DNA from: Candidatus Hodarchaeota archaeon
GTDB lineage: Archaea; Asgardarchaeota; Heimdallarchaeia; Hodarchaeales; Hodarchaeaceae
Length of the DNA: 55,069 bases
Direction: 5' to 3'
NCBI GenBank assembly: GCA_029856365.1
Contig: JAHQWW010000014.1
Location: forward strand, 1-55,069
The stretch's first letter is position 1, and each line of letters begins with the position of its first letter. The notes under the pieces are model-generated. The model was given only the letters and a program-made list of their open reading frames with translations. It was not told where the DNA came from and did not search any database. The translations under genes were made by a program, and so were the position numbers. Below are positions 10,551 through 20,158 of this stretch, piece by piece.

Positions 10551-11672
10551 ATGTTTGAATTTACGAAATGTCAGATTTGCAATACACAACCTCAAATATT
10601 AGCTGCTTCTCTAGGGATCTGTTCAGAATGTGTTAAAAAAAATCCTGAAGAAGCAATTGAGCGTTCACGTTCATCTCATAGCAAGAATCGTGCGAAATGG
10701 TATTTAACGCCTGATATCCCGAATAGTTTAGGGGGACAACAGTGTCATATTTGCTCAAATGAATGCCTCATTGGATTAGGAGAAAGTGGCTATTGTGGAA
10801 TTAGGAAAAATGTCAATGGTCATTTAGAATCTATTGCAGGAAAAAACAAAGCACTGTTACATACATACCTTGATCCTATTCCAACAAATTGTTGTAGCAC
10901 ATACTTTTGTCCAGGAGGAACATCAGCTGGTTATCCCCAATTTTCATATCACAAAGGCCCAGAACGTGGTTATTATAATCTTGCCTGTTTTCTTTATGGA
11001 TGTAATTTTTCTTGTTTGGGTTGTCAGAATGATCAACATAGGGCGGTAAATGCAGCAGAAATATACACATTTGACAAATTTGTCTCTAAAATTCAAAATA
11101 ATCCAAAAATATCCTGCATTTGTTGGTTTGGAGGATCTCCTGAACCACAGTTGTCTTGGGCTCTCCGCGCTAGCAGACGAGCTAAGGACGCTGCGCTTGA
11201 ACGAATTCTTCGCGTGTGTTGGGAATGGAATGGTGCTGGAAATTCAAAACTTGTGCAAAACGCAGTAGCATTATCACTCAGAACAGGGGGTAATGCGAAG
11301 TTTGATTTAAAGTATTTCTCTCCTACACTCTCTCAAGTTCTAAGTGGGGTATCTAATGAACAATCGTTTAAAAATTTTGAGATTTGTTTTAATAAATTCT
11401 ATCATGAGAGAAAAGAAAACCCAGTTTTAACTGCAACAACCTTATTGGTTCCCAGTTACGTTGATAAAGAGGAAGTCAGTAATATTGCTCAATTCTTAGC
11501 TTCATTAGATAAATCTATTCCATATTCTCTTTTAGTTTTCCATCCCGATTCATTCTTAATAGATCTTCCTGTTACACCTCTCCGACAAGTCAAAGAATGT
11601 TATGAAGCTGCTAAGAATCATCTAGAAAATGTTCATATTGGCAATAAGCACCTAATTGGGTGGGCTATTTAG
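10551..11672 (+). CDS. radical SAM protein (AmmeMemoRadiSam/PFL-activase-like) with N-terminal Cys clusters
   Basis: CNFSCLGCQN CxxxCxxC motif, GGSPEP, additional CxxC/CxxxC motifs. Confidence 0.85.
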   Translation: MFEFTKCQICNTQPQILAASLGICSECVKKNPEEAIERSRSSHSKNRAKWYLTPDIPNSLGGQQCHICSNECLIGLGESGYCGIRKNVNGHLESIAGKNKALLHTYLDPIPTNCCSTYFCPGGTSAGYPQFSYHKGPERGYYNLACFLYGCNFSCLGCQNDQHRAVNAAEIYTFDKFVSKIQNNPKISCICWFGGSPEPQLSWALRASRRAKDAALERILRVCWEWNGAGNSKLVQNAVALSLRTGGNAKFDLKYFSPTLSQVLSGVSNEQSFKNFEICFNKFYHERKENPVLTATTLLVPSYVDKEEVSNIAQFLASLDKSIPYSLLVFHPDSFLIDLPVTPLRQVKECYEAAKNHLENVHIGNKHLIGWAI

Positions 11673-11901
11673 TTTTTGTTTTCTGGGAGAGTCCAAATTA
11701 TAGCTTTTTTTTCCCGTGAAATTATTTTTGTGATCAATCCTTGAAAATTTAATTCAGCCAATGCAGCTGGAATCCGATCACTACATTCATTAATTCCAAG
11801 ACTCTCGGCCTCTTTAATTAATTCAGTTGTAGTGGCCTCTTTCATATCTTTTAATAACTCGAGAATTAACGTATTTGTTTTATCTTGATCTTTCATTGAC
11901 A
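11669..11901 (-). CDS. small winged-helix-like protein
   Basis: 'LILELLKDMKEATTTELIKEA...LAEL...GLI...W' wHTH pattern; follows sufS; start uncertain. Confidence 0.55.
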
Positions 11902-11939
11902 TTTTAAACACTGTAGGAACATTGAATTTATTTGGTCGT

Positions 11940-13190
11940 TCAAGCCATAATATCAAATATTTCTTGTAAGGTTTCTACAAAGATATTAACCTCTTCAACA
12001 GTATTATACAAATACCAGCTAGGACGTAGTGTACCCACGTCGAGATGCTTTTCATGGTGGAATGCGTGCGTACAGTGGAATCCTGATCGAAGAAATATAT
12101 TTTTCATTTCATCCATTAGAATCGCAACTTCGTGTGGGTTTATTTGACCTTTCAAATCAATAGCCGCTAATGCTGCTCTCTGTTCAGGATTTTCTGGGCC
12201 TAAAATGTGTATTTTATTCCCTAAAGTTTCTCTCAAATTATTTATCATTGTTCGACTGAGAAGCTTCTCATGAGATTGGATTTTATCCATACCAACTGAC
12301 GCTAGATATTCCACAGTTGCACCTGATGCTATTGCTCCTGCATAATTCTGAAGACCTGCCTCAAACTTGGTTGGAGGACTAAGAAGCTTGATATCATGAG
12401 GATAATGAACATCAGAAACGGTTTCCCCACCTAGAATCAAAGGTTCTGTTTTTTCTAGAAGATCATATCGTCCATAGAGAAAGCCCATGCCTGTTGGCCC
12501 ACAAGCTTTATGCATAGATGCAGCAAATAGATCTACCTCCATTTTTTGGACATCAATTGGTCGATGGGGAAAACTTTGAGCTGCATCCAATTGTAATATA
12601 CCATCTCTTTCGTGTACGATTTGAGCTATCTCAGTTTCAGGAATATGGGCAGCAGTAACATTACTAGTGTGGTTTAAACTCGCGAGAAAATTCCCCTCCT
12701 CACACTTCTCCACAATTTCAGTAAATTCTTCGAGATTAAACATTCCAGTTAATGGCATTTCCATGATTTTTAATTCGATTTTTCCTAAGTTATGCAACCT
12801 AACCCATTTCACCAAATTAGAATTGTGACTTTCAGATGTTGTGATGATGGTCCCCTTTCCATTTTCTTCGAGAGAGAGACAATGGCTTCCCAAGTTTAAT
12901 GCTTCAGTTGTATTCCGTACCCACACAATTTCAGCGGGATTTTTTGCGTTGATAAACCTTGCCAAATCTTTTCGAGCGTCATCATATAGACGAGTTGTTT
13001 TTAACGAAAAAGCATGGGGGCTGCGGCCAGCACATGCAGTATATTCAGTGTAATATGCTACCAGAGCATCGATGACCTGTTGAGGCTTGAGTGCCATACA
13101 AGCCGAGTCAGCATAAATAATTGGTTTTCCATCTTTAAGTTGGTGAAGCGCTGGAAAATCAGTTCTAACTTTATTTACGTCCAATCCCAT
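11940..13190 (-). CDS. sufS: cysteine desulfurase, SufS/CsdA type (class V PLP)
   Basis: RTDFPAL, YADSA, NTTEALN, DAAQS, SMHK (PLP Lys), FEAG, RSGFHC catalytic Cys. Confidence 0.9.
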   Translation of the reverse strand: MGLDVNKVRTDFPALHQLKDGKPIIYADSACMALKPQQVIDALVAYYTEYTACAGRSPHAFSLKTTRLYDDARKDLARFINAKNPAEIVWVRNTTEALNLGSHCLSLEENGKGTIITTSESHNSNLVKWVRLHNLGKIELKIMEMPLTGMFNLEEFTEIVEKCEEGNFLASLNHTSNVTAAHIPETEIAQIVHERDGILQLDAAQSFPHRPIDVQKMEVDLFAASMHKACGPTGMGFLYGRYDLLEKTEPLILGGETVSDVHYPHDIKLLSPPTKFEAGLQNYAGAIASGATVEYLASVGMDKIQSHEKLLSRTMINNLRETLGNKIHILGPENPEQRAALAAIDLKGQINPHEVAILMDEMKNIFLRSGFHCTHAFHHEKHLDVGTLRPSWYLYNTVEEVNIFVETLQEIFDIMA

Positions 13191-13673
13191 TTTAAGAACC
13201 ACCTGTAACGAGTAAGATGCATTCAATCGCTAAGGTTAATCAATACTTCGATTTTATTGCTTTTTTACCTTCATTTTGCGTTTGAACCAACTTTTCTAGT
13301 AGTTTTTAGGACTGTTGGCTAGTAACCTAAGAGATAATTCATTTAAGAAATACATCTTTAGACTTTATGATCTCACTGAAAGGCTTATTATTAAAACCTG
13401 GGATATTGTAACATGATGTATTTCTCCCGAATATGTTCCAATCTTCAGAGATTCAAAATGCTAATTCTTTATTGAAGTTTAAGGTTAGTAGATTTATATA
13501 AAAACACTCAACAGCTTCCTTAATAACATAAAATCTTAGTATAAGAAGTAATTTTTTGATAAAACTGAAACCCCAAAATTAATGATTGATATCCAAAAGT
13601 TAATGAACCCTTAAATCGTCAGAGTAAAACTGAGGTCATCAATAAAGAAGGAAATTAGGCTGAAAAAGAGAGG

Positions 13674-14834
13674 TTGATACTTAAATTCTTGATTCCTCCA
13701 AGTATTTTCCTAAAAATGCTTAGTACACTCGTTTTTATTATTATTTCAAATAACCACGAGTTTAGATGGTATCAACTTTATAGTGGGCAATCAAATTACG
13801 TTATAAGCGATATCATTGAGGCTAAAGATGGAAATTTTATTGTTATTGGAACCAAGATGCATGGTTCAAGTGCAGCAAAGATTTGGTTAATGAAAGTAAA
13901 TACTGACGGTCACCCCTTATGGAATAAATCTTTGAGTAACTCACCAGCAGAAGGGCATTCGATTGCTGAATGTTCTGATGGGGGATTTATCATAGCTGGG
14001 GAATTCTTTAATGAATCATTATGGCGATGGCAAATTTTACTGTTGAGAATTTCTGAAGATGGTACTGTTTTGTGGAGTAAAAATTTACTCAATAAAATCC
14101 AAGATGAAAGGCCTTACGATATTCTTCGATCCAGTGACGGGGGATTCGCTATTACTGGTTCTAGAGACAAAGACAGTTATTATCGAGATTGCCTAGTAAC
14201 AAAAATCGACTCCTTTGGTAATAAACTTTGGGACTATAGCTTTGGGGGATATTCAACAGATGTTGCTTATTCTATTGTTGAGACAGCAGTGGAAGAATTT
14301 GTGGTTGCAGGTCGTACACGTTTTCTTTCAGGTAAGGGAAATACCAACATGTACCTAGCAAAATTAAATGCTAGTGGACTAATTTGGGAAAAGGCCTTTG
14401 GTGGAAGTTTATATACGAAAGCTTACGATCTACTAAAGACATCTGATGGAGGATTAGTTTTAGTTGGATGCTCACGAGAAAGTTATGAAGATGACAATCA
14501 CTTTACTGTTGTTAGAGTAGACAACGAAGGAGAAACTAAATGGAGTAAGGTCTATGATTACAAAGGAATTGGTTTTTGTATAATTCAACCTAATGACGAA
14601 AACCTAGTAATAGTTGGTGAGACTAGATCTATGCAACGTATACTAGTTTTAAAAACAGATATGAATGGAAGTGTAGTCGCTCATCAGCAATATGGCAGAG
14701 AAGAATATACGGAAAGAGTAACATCAATTATCCAAGCCTCCACAGAAGATCTAATAATGGTAGGTTATAGTGAAATAGGTGGAGATTGGGAACCACGGAT
14801 TGTTGAAGCATGGTTTCACAAAATTATAATATAA
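13674..14834 (+). CDS. beta-propeller-like repeat protein (W-x-K-x-x-GG / DGG repeats), probably secreted
   Basis: About 50-aa repeats such as 'KIDSFGNKLWDYSFGG...AYSIVET' and 'LIWEKAFGG...AYDLLKTSDGGLVLVG'. Confidence 0.65.
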   Translation: MILKFLIPPSIFLKMLSTLVFIIISNNHEFRWYQLYSGQSNYVISDIIEAKDGNFIVIGTKMHGSSAAKIWLMKVNTDGHPLWNKSLSNSPAEGHSIAECSDGGFIIAGEFFNESLWRWQILLLRISEDGTVLWSKNLLNKIQDERPYDILRSSDGGFAITGSRDKDSYYRDCLVTKIDSFGNKLWDYSFGGYSTDVAYSIVETAVEEFVVAGRTRFLSGKGNTNMYLAKLNASGLIWEKAFGGSLYTKAYDLLKTSDGGLVLVGCSRESYEDDNHFTVVRVDNEGETKWSKVYDYKGIGFCIIQPNDENLVIVGETRSMQRILVLKTDMNGSVVAHQQYGREEYTERVTSIIQASTEDLIMVGYSEIGGDWEPRIVEAWFHKIII

Positions 14835-15205
14835 ATGAATAATCGTTCTATAATCATTCTACGATATATTAATATTTTGTAATACATTTATTCGATTAAA
14901 AATAGAAAAACAATATCTTATACGCTTTCTTCTTGTATAAACTATTCTAAATATAGATCTAGAAGTTAATGCATTCTTGTTCATATTTACATGGGTTAAT
15001 GGTCTTGATTAAAGATAATAAAATTCCAATATCTCATTCTAATGAATGGATTGCGTTTAATTGCATTGGGTTATCAGTTTGAATAAAAGTAAAATCATAT
15101 GCTTAATATTTATGATAATCATTTTATTTTGTACACTTTATTTCTGGCCAAGCTGATTGAGAAGATTACTACCAGGAAAGTTAAAAATGTAAAAGTGAAT
15201 TTATC

Positions 15206-15346
15206 TTACAGTTCTCCTAAAAGGCTCCGAATTCGATTTTTGAGGGCCATTTTTTCCTGTATTATCTCATTAATTTCCTGGGAAATTGTAATTCTTGTTT
15301 CTGTTTCTTGAGGTATCGGTAATAATAAGTCCACTCTCTGACTCAT
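15206..15346 (-). CDS. 46-aa microprotein or gene relic duplicating the C-terminal HsdS-type helix of the upstream methyltransferase
   Basis: MSQRVDLLLPIPQETETRITISQEINEIIQEKMALKNRIRSLLGEL*; 28/41 aa identical to the MTase C-terminus; starts 31 nt after the MTase stop. Confidence 0.6.
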   Translation of the reverse strand: MSQRVDLLLPIPQETETRITISQEINEIIQEKMALKNRIRSLLGEL

Positions 15347-15377
15347 AATAAGATAATCACTAAGATTTTCATTCCCT

Positions 15378-17441
15378 TTAATTATTCAGGATCTCTAATG
15401 TTCGACGAATTCTCTCTCTCAAAGCCATTTTTTCCTGAATAATTTCTTCTATTTCTTGTGAAATAGCATTTCGTTTTTCCTTCTCTCGTGGTATTGGCAA
15501 AACCAAATCCATTAGTCGATTTCCTAGGGTTGAAATTGTTGATTGAATGAACGTCTTTGCTCTTATTTGATCTTGTACAATATCCGTATTAAGAGCCCAC
15601 AATAATAGGTTTTCATCTAAAAACTCTTTTTTCACTACTCTTATCTTTTTCAGATGGCTTTGGATAAGAATTTGGGTATCCTTCTCTGTTATCATTGCTG
15701 TTTTCCCTATTAAAAACGTACCATCATTTACTAATAGAATATCTCCAGCTCTAATATCCTGTTTGTCTTTATATAGCTCATATACCTCCCTTGCGACTTG
15801 TTTTTTTGGATCAATATTAATTTCCCAGTTAATAAGATCTGACGTTCTTACGAATGGAATTGGACCAGTACCATAAAATTTGGATCCTATTTCGTGTCCC
15901 CGTGTTATTTGAATTGTTCCTTTTTTTACTAAGTCACCAATTCTAACCAGTTGATATTTCCCCTCGTTTTCAATGATATATAAACGTTGAGCGATCTCTG
16001 GATTATAGTACTCGGGAATGAGAATTTGGTTCTCAATCTGGGAGCTCGTAAAGATAAAGCCTAAGTGTGATTGATCTTGCAAAGTACCCGCTCTAAATTC
16101 TCTATAATTTTCGACTATTTTGGGAAAGTCATCATTAATTATCTTATTTCCATTAGTATCTAGTATGAAATTTCCTTTATTATCTATTAGGTAGAGTGGT
16201 TTGCCGTTTTTATCGTGTCCAACGTTTTCTGTAATAGCCATAAATAAAGAATAATCTTGTTGCGGCTTACGTTTTTCTACGAACAGGAGTGATGTTTTAG
16301 TATGTGTGTGGGGGAGAAATGCGAGATGTGAACAGCTTATTAACGCTAGGATTTTCACATGTTGTCGTAAATAGTATAGAATGTATCGATCTGAAGGATT
16401 TCCAAAGATTCCATCTGGTAATATTATTCCTAATCGACCACCTGGTTTCAGAAGCTTAAGACACCGTTCAATAAAAAGTATTTGAGGTGGTTGCTTCTCT
16501 TGAAGAGTTTCGGTTTTATGCCAAGATCCATCAGCTTGTTTCTTCCATTTATGACCTAGATGGTAATCACGTAATATTTCCTTCGATTTAATGGGTATTT
16601 TTGCTCCAAATGGTGGATTTGTGCATACTATATCAAAGCTATTTAGTTTAATTGTTTCGAATACCTTTGAACTCCAGCTCTCCGGTGGATTTAGGGAATT
16701 TTCACAAAATACTACTTTTTCTTGGAAACCCAGTATAGCTAGATATAGTTGAGTAATCTTTGCTAGAAACTGATCCTTGTCAATCCCGAATAATACATTC
16801 ATATTATATGGTTCTTGTACACCTTTATTCTCATTTTTTTTTGTTTGTTGAGCTAATCTTACTATTAGAAATCCACCTGTTCCACAAGCAGGATCTATAA
16901 ATCGCTCGTTTGGCTTTGGATCAAGGATTTCAATCATTGTCTGAACTATATTTCGGGGAGTAAAGAATTGTCCTTTGTTACCTCTGAGTGATGGTCCAAG
17001 AAATATTTCAAATGCATCTCCAATTGCATCACGACTTGCTTTTATGATACTAAACTTTTCAATACTCTCCACTATTGAAGTTAATGATGTTTCATCCACA
17101 AACAATCTATCGTGGTCATCAAACATTGAGCTGTATTGGTTTTTGAGCTGATTAAATAGCAGAGTTACTCTTTCTAATATGTTACTATTTGAATAAATAT
17201 CATGGTAATTTAATTGGAAGAGAACTGGCTCATCAGGAGAACCAGTTAATTCGTCATAGATCTTACAAAACAAAAGAAAGATTAGCTGTTCAGCGAGTCT
17301 TTCGTCTCTAGTTGTTCCAACGAAATTTCCAGCAAGGTGATTTCGCATTCTCTTAAAAATTTGTTTTAAATCTTTAACCTCAACTAAATCTTTACGATAG
17401 ATTATCTTATTTGCGTCAGATGCCAGAACGGATCTCACCAC
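15378..17441 (-). CDS. N6-adenine DNA methyltransferase fused to a single TRD (HsdM-half-HsdS fusion)
   Basis: GQFFTP, DPACGTGGF (motif I), NPPF (motif IV), GIILPDG; C-terminal TRD (IPFVRTSDL, GDILL) plus LPIP-helix; no nuclease domain. Confidence 0.9.
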   Translation of the reverse strand: MVRSVLASDANKIIYRKDLVEVKDLKQIFKRMRNHLAGNFVGTTRDERLAEQLIFLLFCKIYDELTGSPDEPVLFQLNYHDIYSNSNILERVTLLFNQLKNQYSSMFDDHDRLFVDETSLTSIVESIEKFSIIKASRDAIGDAFEIFLGPSLRGNKGQFFTPRNIVQTMIEILDPKPNERFIDPACGTGGFLIVRLAQQTKKNENKGVQEPYNMNVLFGIDKDQFLAKITQLYLAILGFQEKVVFCENSLNPPESWSSKVFETIKLNSFDIVCTNPPFGAKIPIKSKEILRDYHLGHKWKKQADGSWHKTETLQEKQPPQILFIERCLKLLKPGGRLGIILPDGIFGNPSDRYILYYLRQHVKILALISCSHLAFLPHTHTKTSLLFVEKRKPQQDYSLFMAITENVGHDKNGKPLYLIDNKGNFILDTNGNKIINDDFPKIVENYREFRAGTLQDQSHLGFIFTSSQIENQILIPEYYNPEIAQRLYIIENEGKYQLVRIGDLVKKGTIQITRGHEIGSKFYGTGPIPFVRTSDLINWEINIDPKKQVAREVYELYKDKQDIRAGDILLVNDGTFLIGKTAMITEKDTQILIQSHLKKIRVVKKEFLDENLLLWALNTDIVQDQIRAKTFIQSTISTLGNRLMDLVLPIPREKEKRNAISQEIEEIIQEKMALRERIRRTLEILNN

Positions 17442-17693
17442 AATGATTTGTTCTGAATTCCCAGCATTTTAATGGCTAGTTATTCATTTCAGTGCTATTT
17501 AGATAAATTTTCTCTTGAATAATATAAAAAAAAATTCATATAGATTCTTAAAGCTCTTCATGTACAGAGTTATAAATTATCAATGAAGGCAAATGGCCAT
17601 TGAGTAGTAAAAGACCTTGTATTTAGGTTCAGTTATGCATATTAAATACACTAGAGAGAATTCATTATACTTTTTTTTAGTTGGTTAAGTCTT

Positions 17694-18521
17694 ATGCACC
17701 CAAACATGTTTGGTTATCCTGTTGAAGTTTCCAAGCATGAAGATGGGGAATGGCCCTTCGATACAAAATTTGATCAAATAGAAATTCTTCAATGTCTTAA
17801 TGCTTTCTTTGGCCATCCAGATATGCATAGCAACATCTTTCAGTTTTATGAGGTAAATAGACCGGGGTATGGAATAGATCGAGGAGTTACCGTCCTGATT
17901 AATCAACAGAATGAATACTATGCTATCAGAATCTTTACAAAACCTGGTATTATATCCAATAAAGTTCCTTTTGATCCTGCAGCTTATATCAAAGATCGGA
18001 TTCAACGGCTTTATATGGCACTACGAGACCACTATCCAGCTACTTATTTCCTTAATACAAAACACCTTTTGATCATTCTCCAGCAGTTTGTGTTTTTTCC
18101 AGTATGTCAATTCATTAATCCTAGTGAAATAAGAGATCTCTTAGAGATAATGTGGTATGCGTCTAAAGCTCGTATCCTTCTTGACTATAATCAAAATCAT
18201 TGGTTAGTTTCGGATGATGGGCATCTATTATATGTCGATACTGATTTCATGGGACAAATCCTAAAGGATCGTTATAGTGCTCTGTCTGAAAATTTTAATC
18301 AAGCAATGGTGTTCATTAACCATAAGAATTGTAATATACTTGCCAAAATATTACCAGAATTTGCAACTAGGGGAAATAATTACGCTCAATTCTTGGATGA
18401 ATTTTTCCTTGTGCTTAAAAACTACCTAGAGAGCTGGGAAAAGGTTGAGATAATCTCTGAAAAAGTTCAAAGTAAATTAGATTGTTTTCAGAACATTTTT
18501 GACAAATACTGGGCTAGGTAA
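17694..18521 (+). CDS. hypothetical protein, possible degenerate protein-kinase-like fold
   Basis: YAIRIF and LLDYNQNHWLVSDDGHLLYVDTDF resemble the VAIK, catalytic loop and DFG spacing. Confidence 0.45.
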   Translation: MHPNMFGYPVEVSKHEDGEWPFDTKFDQIEILQCLNAFFGHPDMHSNIFQFYEVNRPGYGIDRGVTVLINQQNEYYAIRIFTKPGIISNKVPFDPAAYIKDRIQRLYMALRDHYPATYFLNTKHLLIILQQFVFFPVCQFINPSEIRDLLEIMWYASKARILLDYNQNHWLVSDDGHLLYVDTDFMGQILKDRYSALSENFNQAMVFINHKNCNILAKILPEFATRGNNYAQFLDEFFLVLKNYLESWEKVEIISEKVQSKLDCFQNIFDKYWAR

Positions 18522-18527
18522 TCAAAA

Positions 18528-19070
18528 TTGTCCAGTGATTTAATGTTTAAACACATATTTGTAAGTGGGAGGCCTGGAATTGGAAAAACAACATTAATAA
18601 AAAAGATTGTAACAAAAATCAAAAGAACAAAGCCTAATTGGAATATTACAGGCTTTTATACAAGTGAATGTCGCCAAGATGGACAAAGGATAGGATTCAA
18701 CATTTATACACTAGATGGACAACAGGGTGTCCTTGCTCGATTGAATGACCCCAAATTCAAAACTACTTTTCGTGTAGGAAAATATTCAGTTAATATTGCG
18801 GATTTAAATAATATTGCTGTTCCTAGTTTGTATACAAATACAGATCTTCTCATAATTGATGAGCTAGGGAAAATGGAACTCTTTTCTCTTGAATTTAGAA
18901 AAGCTGTGGAACATGCGCTTGATAATTACCCCAGAATATTAGGAACGATTCCCTATTTCGAAAATTCTTTTCTTTCTTCTATTAAACGAAGACCTAACAT
19001 CGTAATATGGGAGTTGACACAGTTAAATCGAAAAAAGGTGTTTGAAAAGGTTATGGGGGTATTTAAATAG
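18528..19070 (+). CDS. nucleoside-triphosphatase (THEP1/NTPase_1 family)
   Basis: GRPGIGKTT, GFYT.E.R..G.R.GF, VGKY, IIDELGKME. Confidence 0.9.
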   Translation: MSSDLMFKHIFVSGRPGIGKTTLIKKIVTKIKRTKPNWNITGFYTSECRQDGQRIGFNIYTLDGQQGVLARLNDPKFKTTFRVGKYSVNIADLNNIAVPSLYTNTDLLIIDELGKMELFSLEFRKAVEHALDNYPRILGTIPYFENSFLSSIKRRPNIVIWELTQLNRKKVFEKVMGVFK

Positions 19071-19101
19071 AATAAGCCACATTAAAGTGGTATTTGATCT
19101 A

Positions 19102-19236
19102 CTAAACTGGATCCTGGTTACTCCATGATTTTAATACGTAATCTTCCGCTCCACTTTCATACTCCCTTTTTATGTCGTCAGGAGAGGTTAAAGCAGACAG
19201 AATAATAGCTAGAATATCTTTATACTTTTTATTTTG
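19102..19236 (-). pseudogene. C-terminal half of a response-regulator receiver domain (relic)
   Basis: Reads QNKKYKDILAIILSALTSPDDIKREYESGAEDYVLKSWSNQDPV**, matching REC beta4-alpha4-beta5 (IP.IILSA...GA.DY..KP). Confidence 0.75.
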
Positions 19237-19389
19237 TATTGTCAAAATAATTTGACTTATTAAAGATTTAATTTTTTTCATTGATCCTTTTTCTTTCCGA
19301 ATCAGAAGTCTTCAGAAGACTTAATTCAGTCTTAATTAACATTATCACATTTTAATTATCTCAAAATTTTAATTAGGGAGAACTAAATA

Positions 19390-20031
19390 TTAAAGATATA
19401 TTATACCAGTCTGAGAAAACCCAAAGTTGCGAATGAAACTATATGATACTTTGTTCTCATGGTATACTTCGCATACTAGTTCCATTACATTATTTTCTGC
19501 AAAATAACTCGCAGCTTTCGCTGCTAAAAGAAATGCAATTCGTTTACGTCGATAACGTGGATCAACTCCTATCCCTGCTATAATACCCTGTTTACCTAAG
19601 TGTTTTCCCTGTTTGATTAATGGTTCTATAACCAAAAATACAAAACCGACAATCCGTCCGTATATTTCGGCTATAAATGTAGAGTCTGGTTTGAAATGTT
19701 GTACATCTTCTAAAGTTAACGAGCGATAAGGGTCAGGTGCAGTAATGAAAGCCCTGTTGTAACAACGAATAAATTTTTCTGAATCTTTATTCGGATTAAA
19801 TTCTCTTATTTTTACTTTTCTTAGTAATTCTTCTCTATCATCATCTATTTCTTTTTCTATTTGTTTCATTACTGTTAATGCTTGATCCCAGCTCATTTTC
19901 ATTACAAAGAACTTGTATTTTTCTTTTATCTTCTTTTCATCTTTTTTTTTCTTTTTTGATATAGAATTTCGAAAAAAGAGTCGTCTAAGTTTGACGGACT
20001 CTCGTTCAGAGGGATCTGTTTTAATGGGCAT
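19390..20031 (-). CDS. GNAT family N-acetyltransferase with Lys-rich N-terminal extension
   Basis: GRIVGF, IGVDPRYRRKRIA (motif A), N..SYSF...GF. Confidence 0.85.
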   Translation of the reverse strand: MPIKTDPSERESVKLRRLFFRNSISKKKKKDEKKIKEKYKFFVMKMSWDQALTVMKQIEKEIDDDREELLRKVKIREFNPNKDSEKFIRCYNRAFITAPDPYRSLTLEDVQHFKPDSTFIAEIYGRIVGFVFLVIEPLIKQGKHLGKQGIIAGIGVDPRYRRKRIAFLLAAKAASYFAENNVMELVCEVYHENKVSYSFIRNFGFSQTGIIYL

Positions 20032-20158
20032 TCTTGGATTCCGTTCTTCTAGATCTTCTTTAATATGATCAGCTAAGACTGATTCTTTTTTCTTTATAGA
20101 TTAAAAAAATCTTTGAAGAGAAGGAATAATAATCCTTTCCCTTTTCGATGAATATTGA

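Noticed and set aside
13227-13673. Possible decayed gene on the minus strand
   Set aside because: Short open stretches with several stops; no family recognisable
15099-15311. 70-aa plus-strand ORF
   Set aside because: Antisense shadow of the minus-strand 46-aa helix-duplicate ORF; no recognisable features
15411-15420. (GA)5 tract near the MTase 3' end as a phase-variable switch fusing it to the small ORF
   Set aside because: The tract is short, and the small ORF's frame has a TGA just before the MTase stop, so slippage would not fuse them
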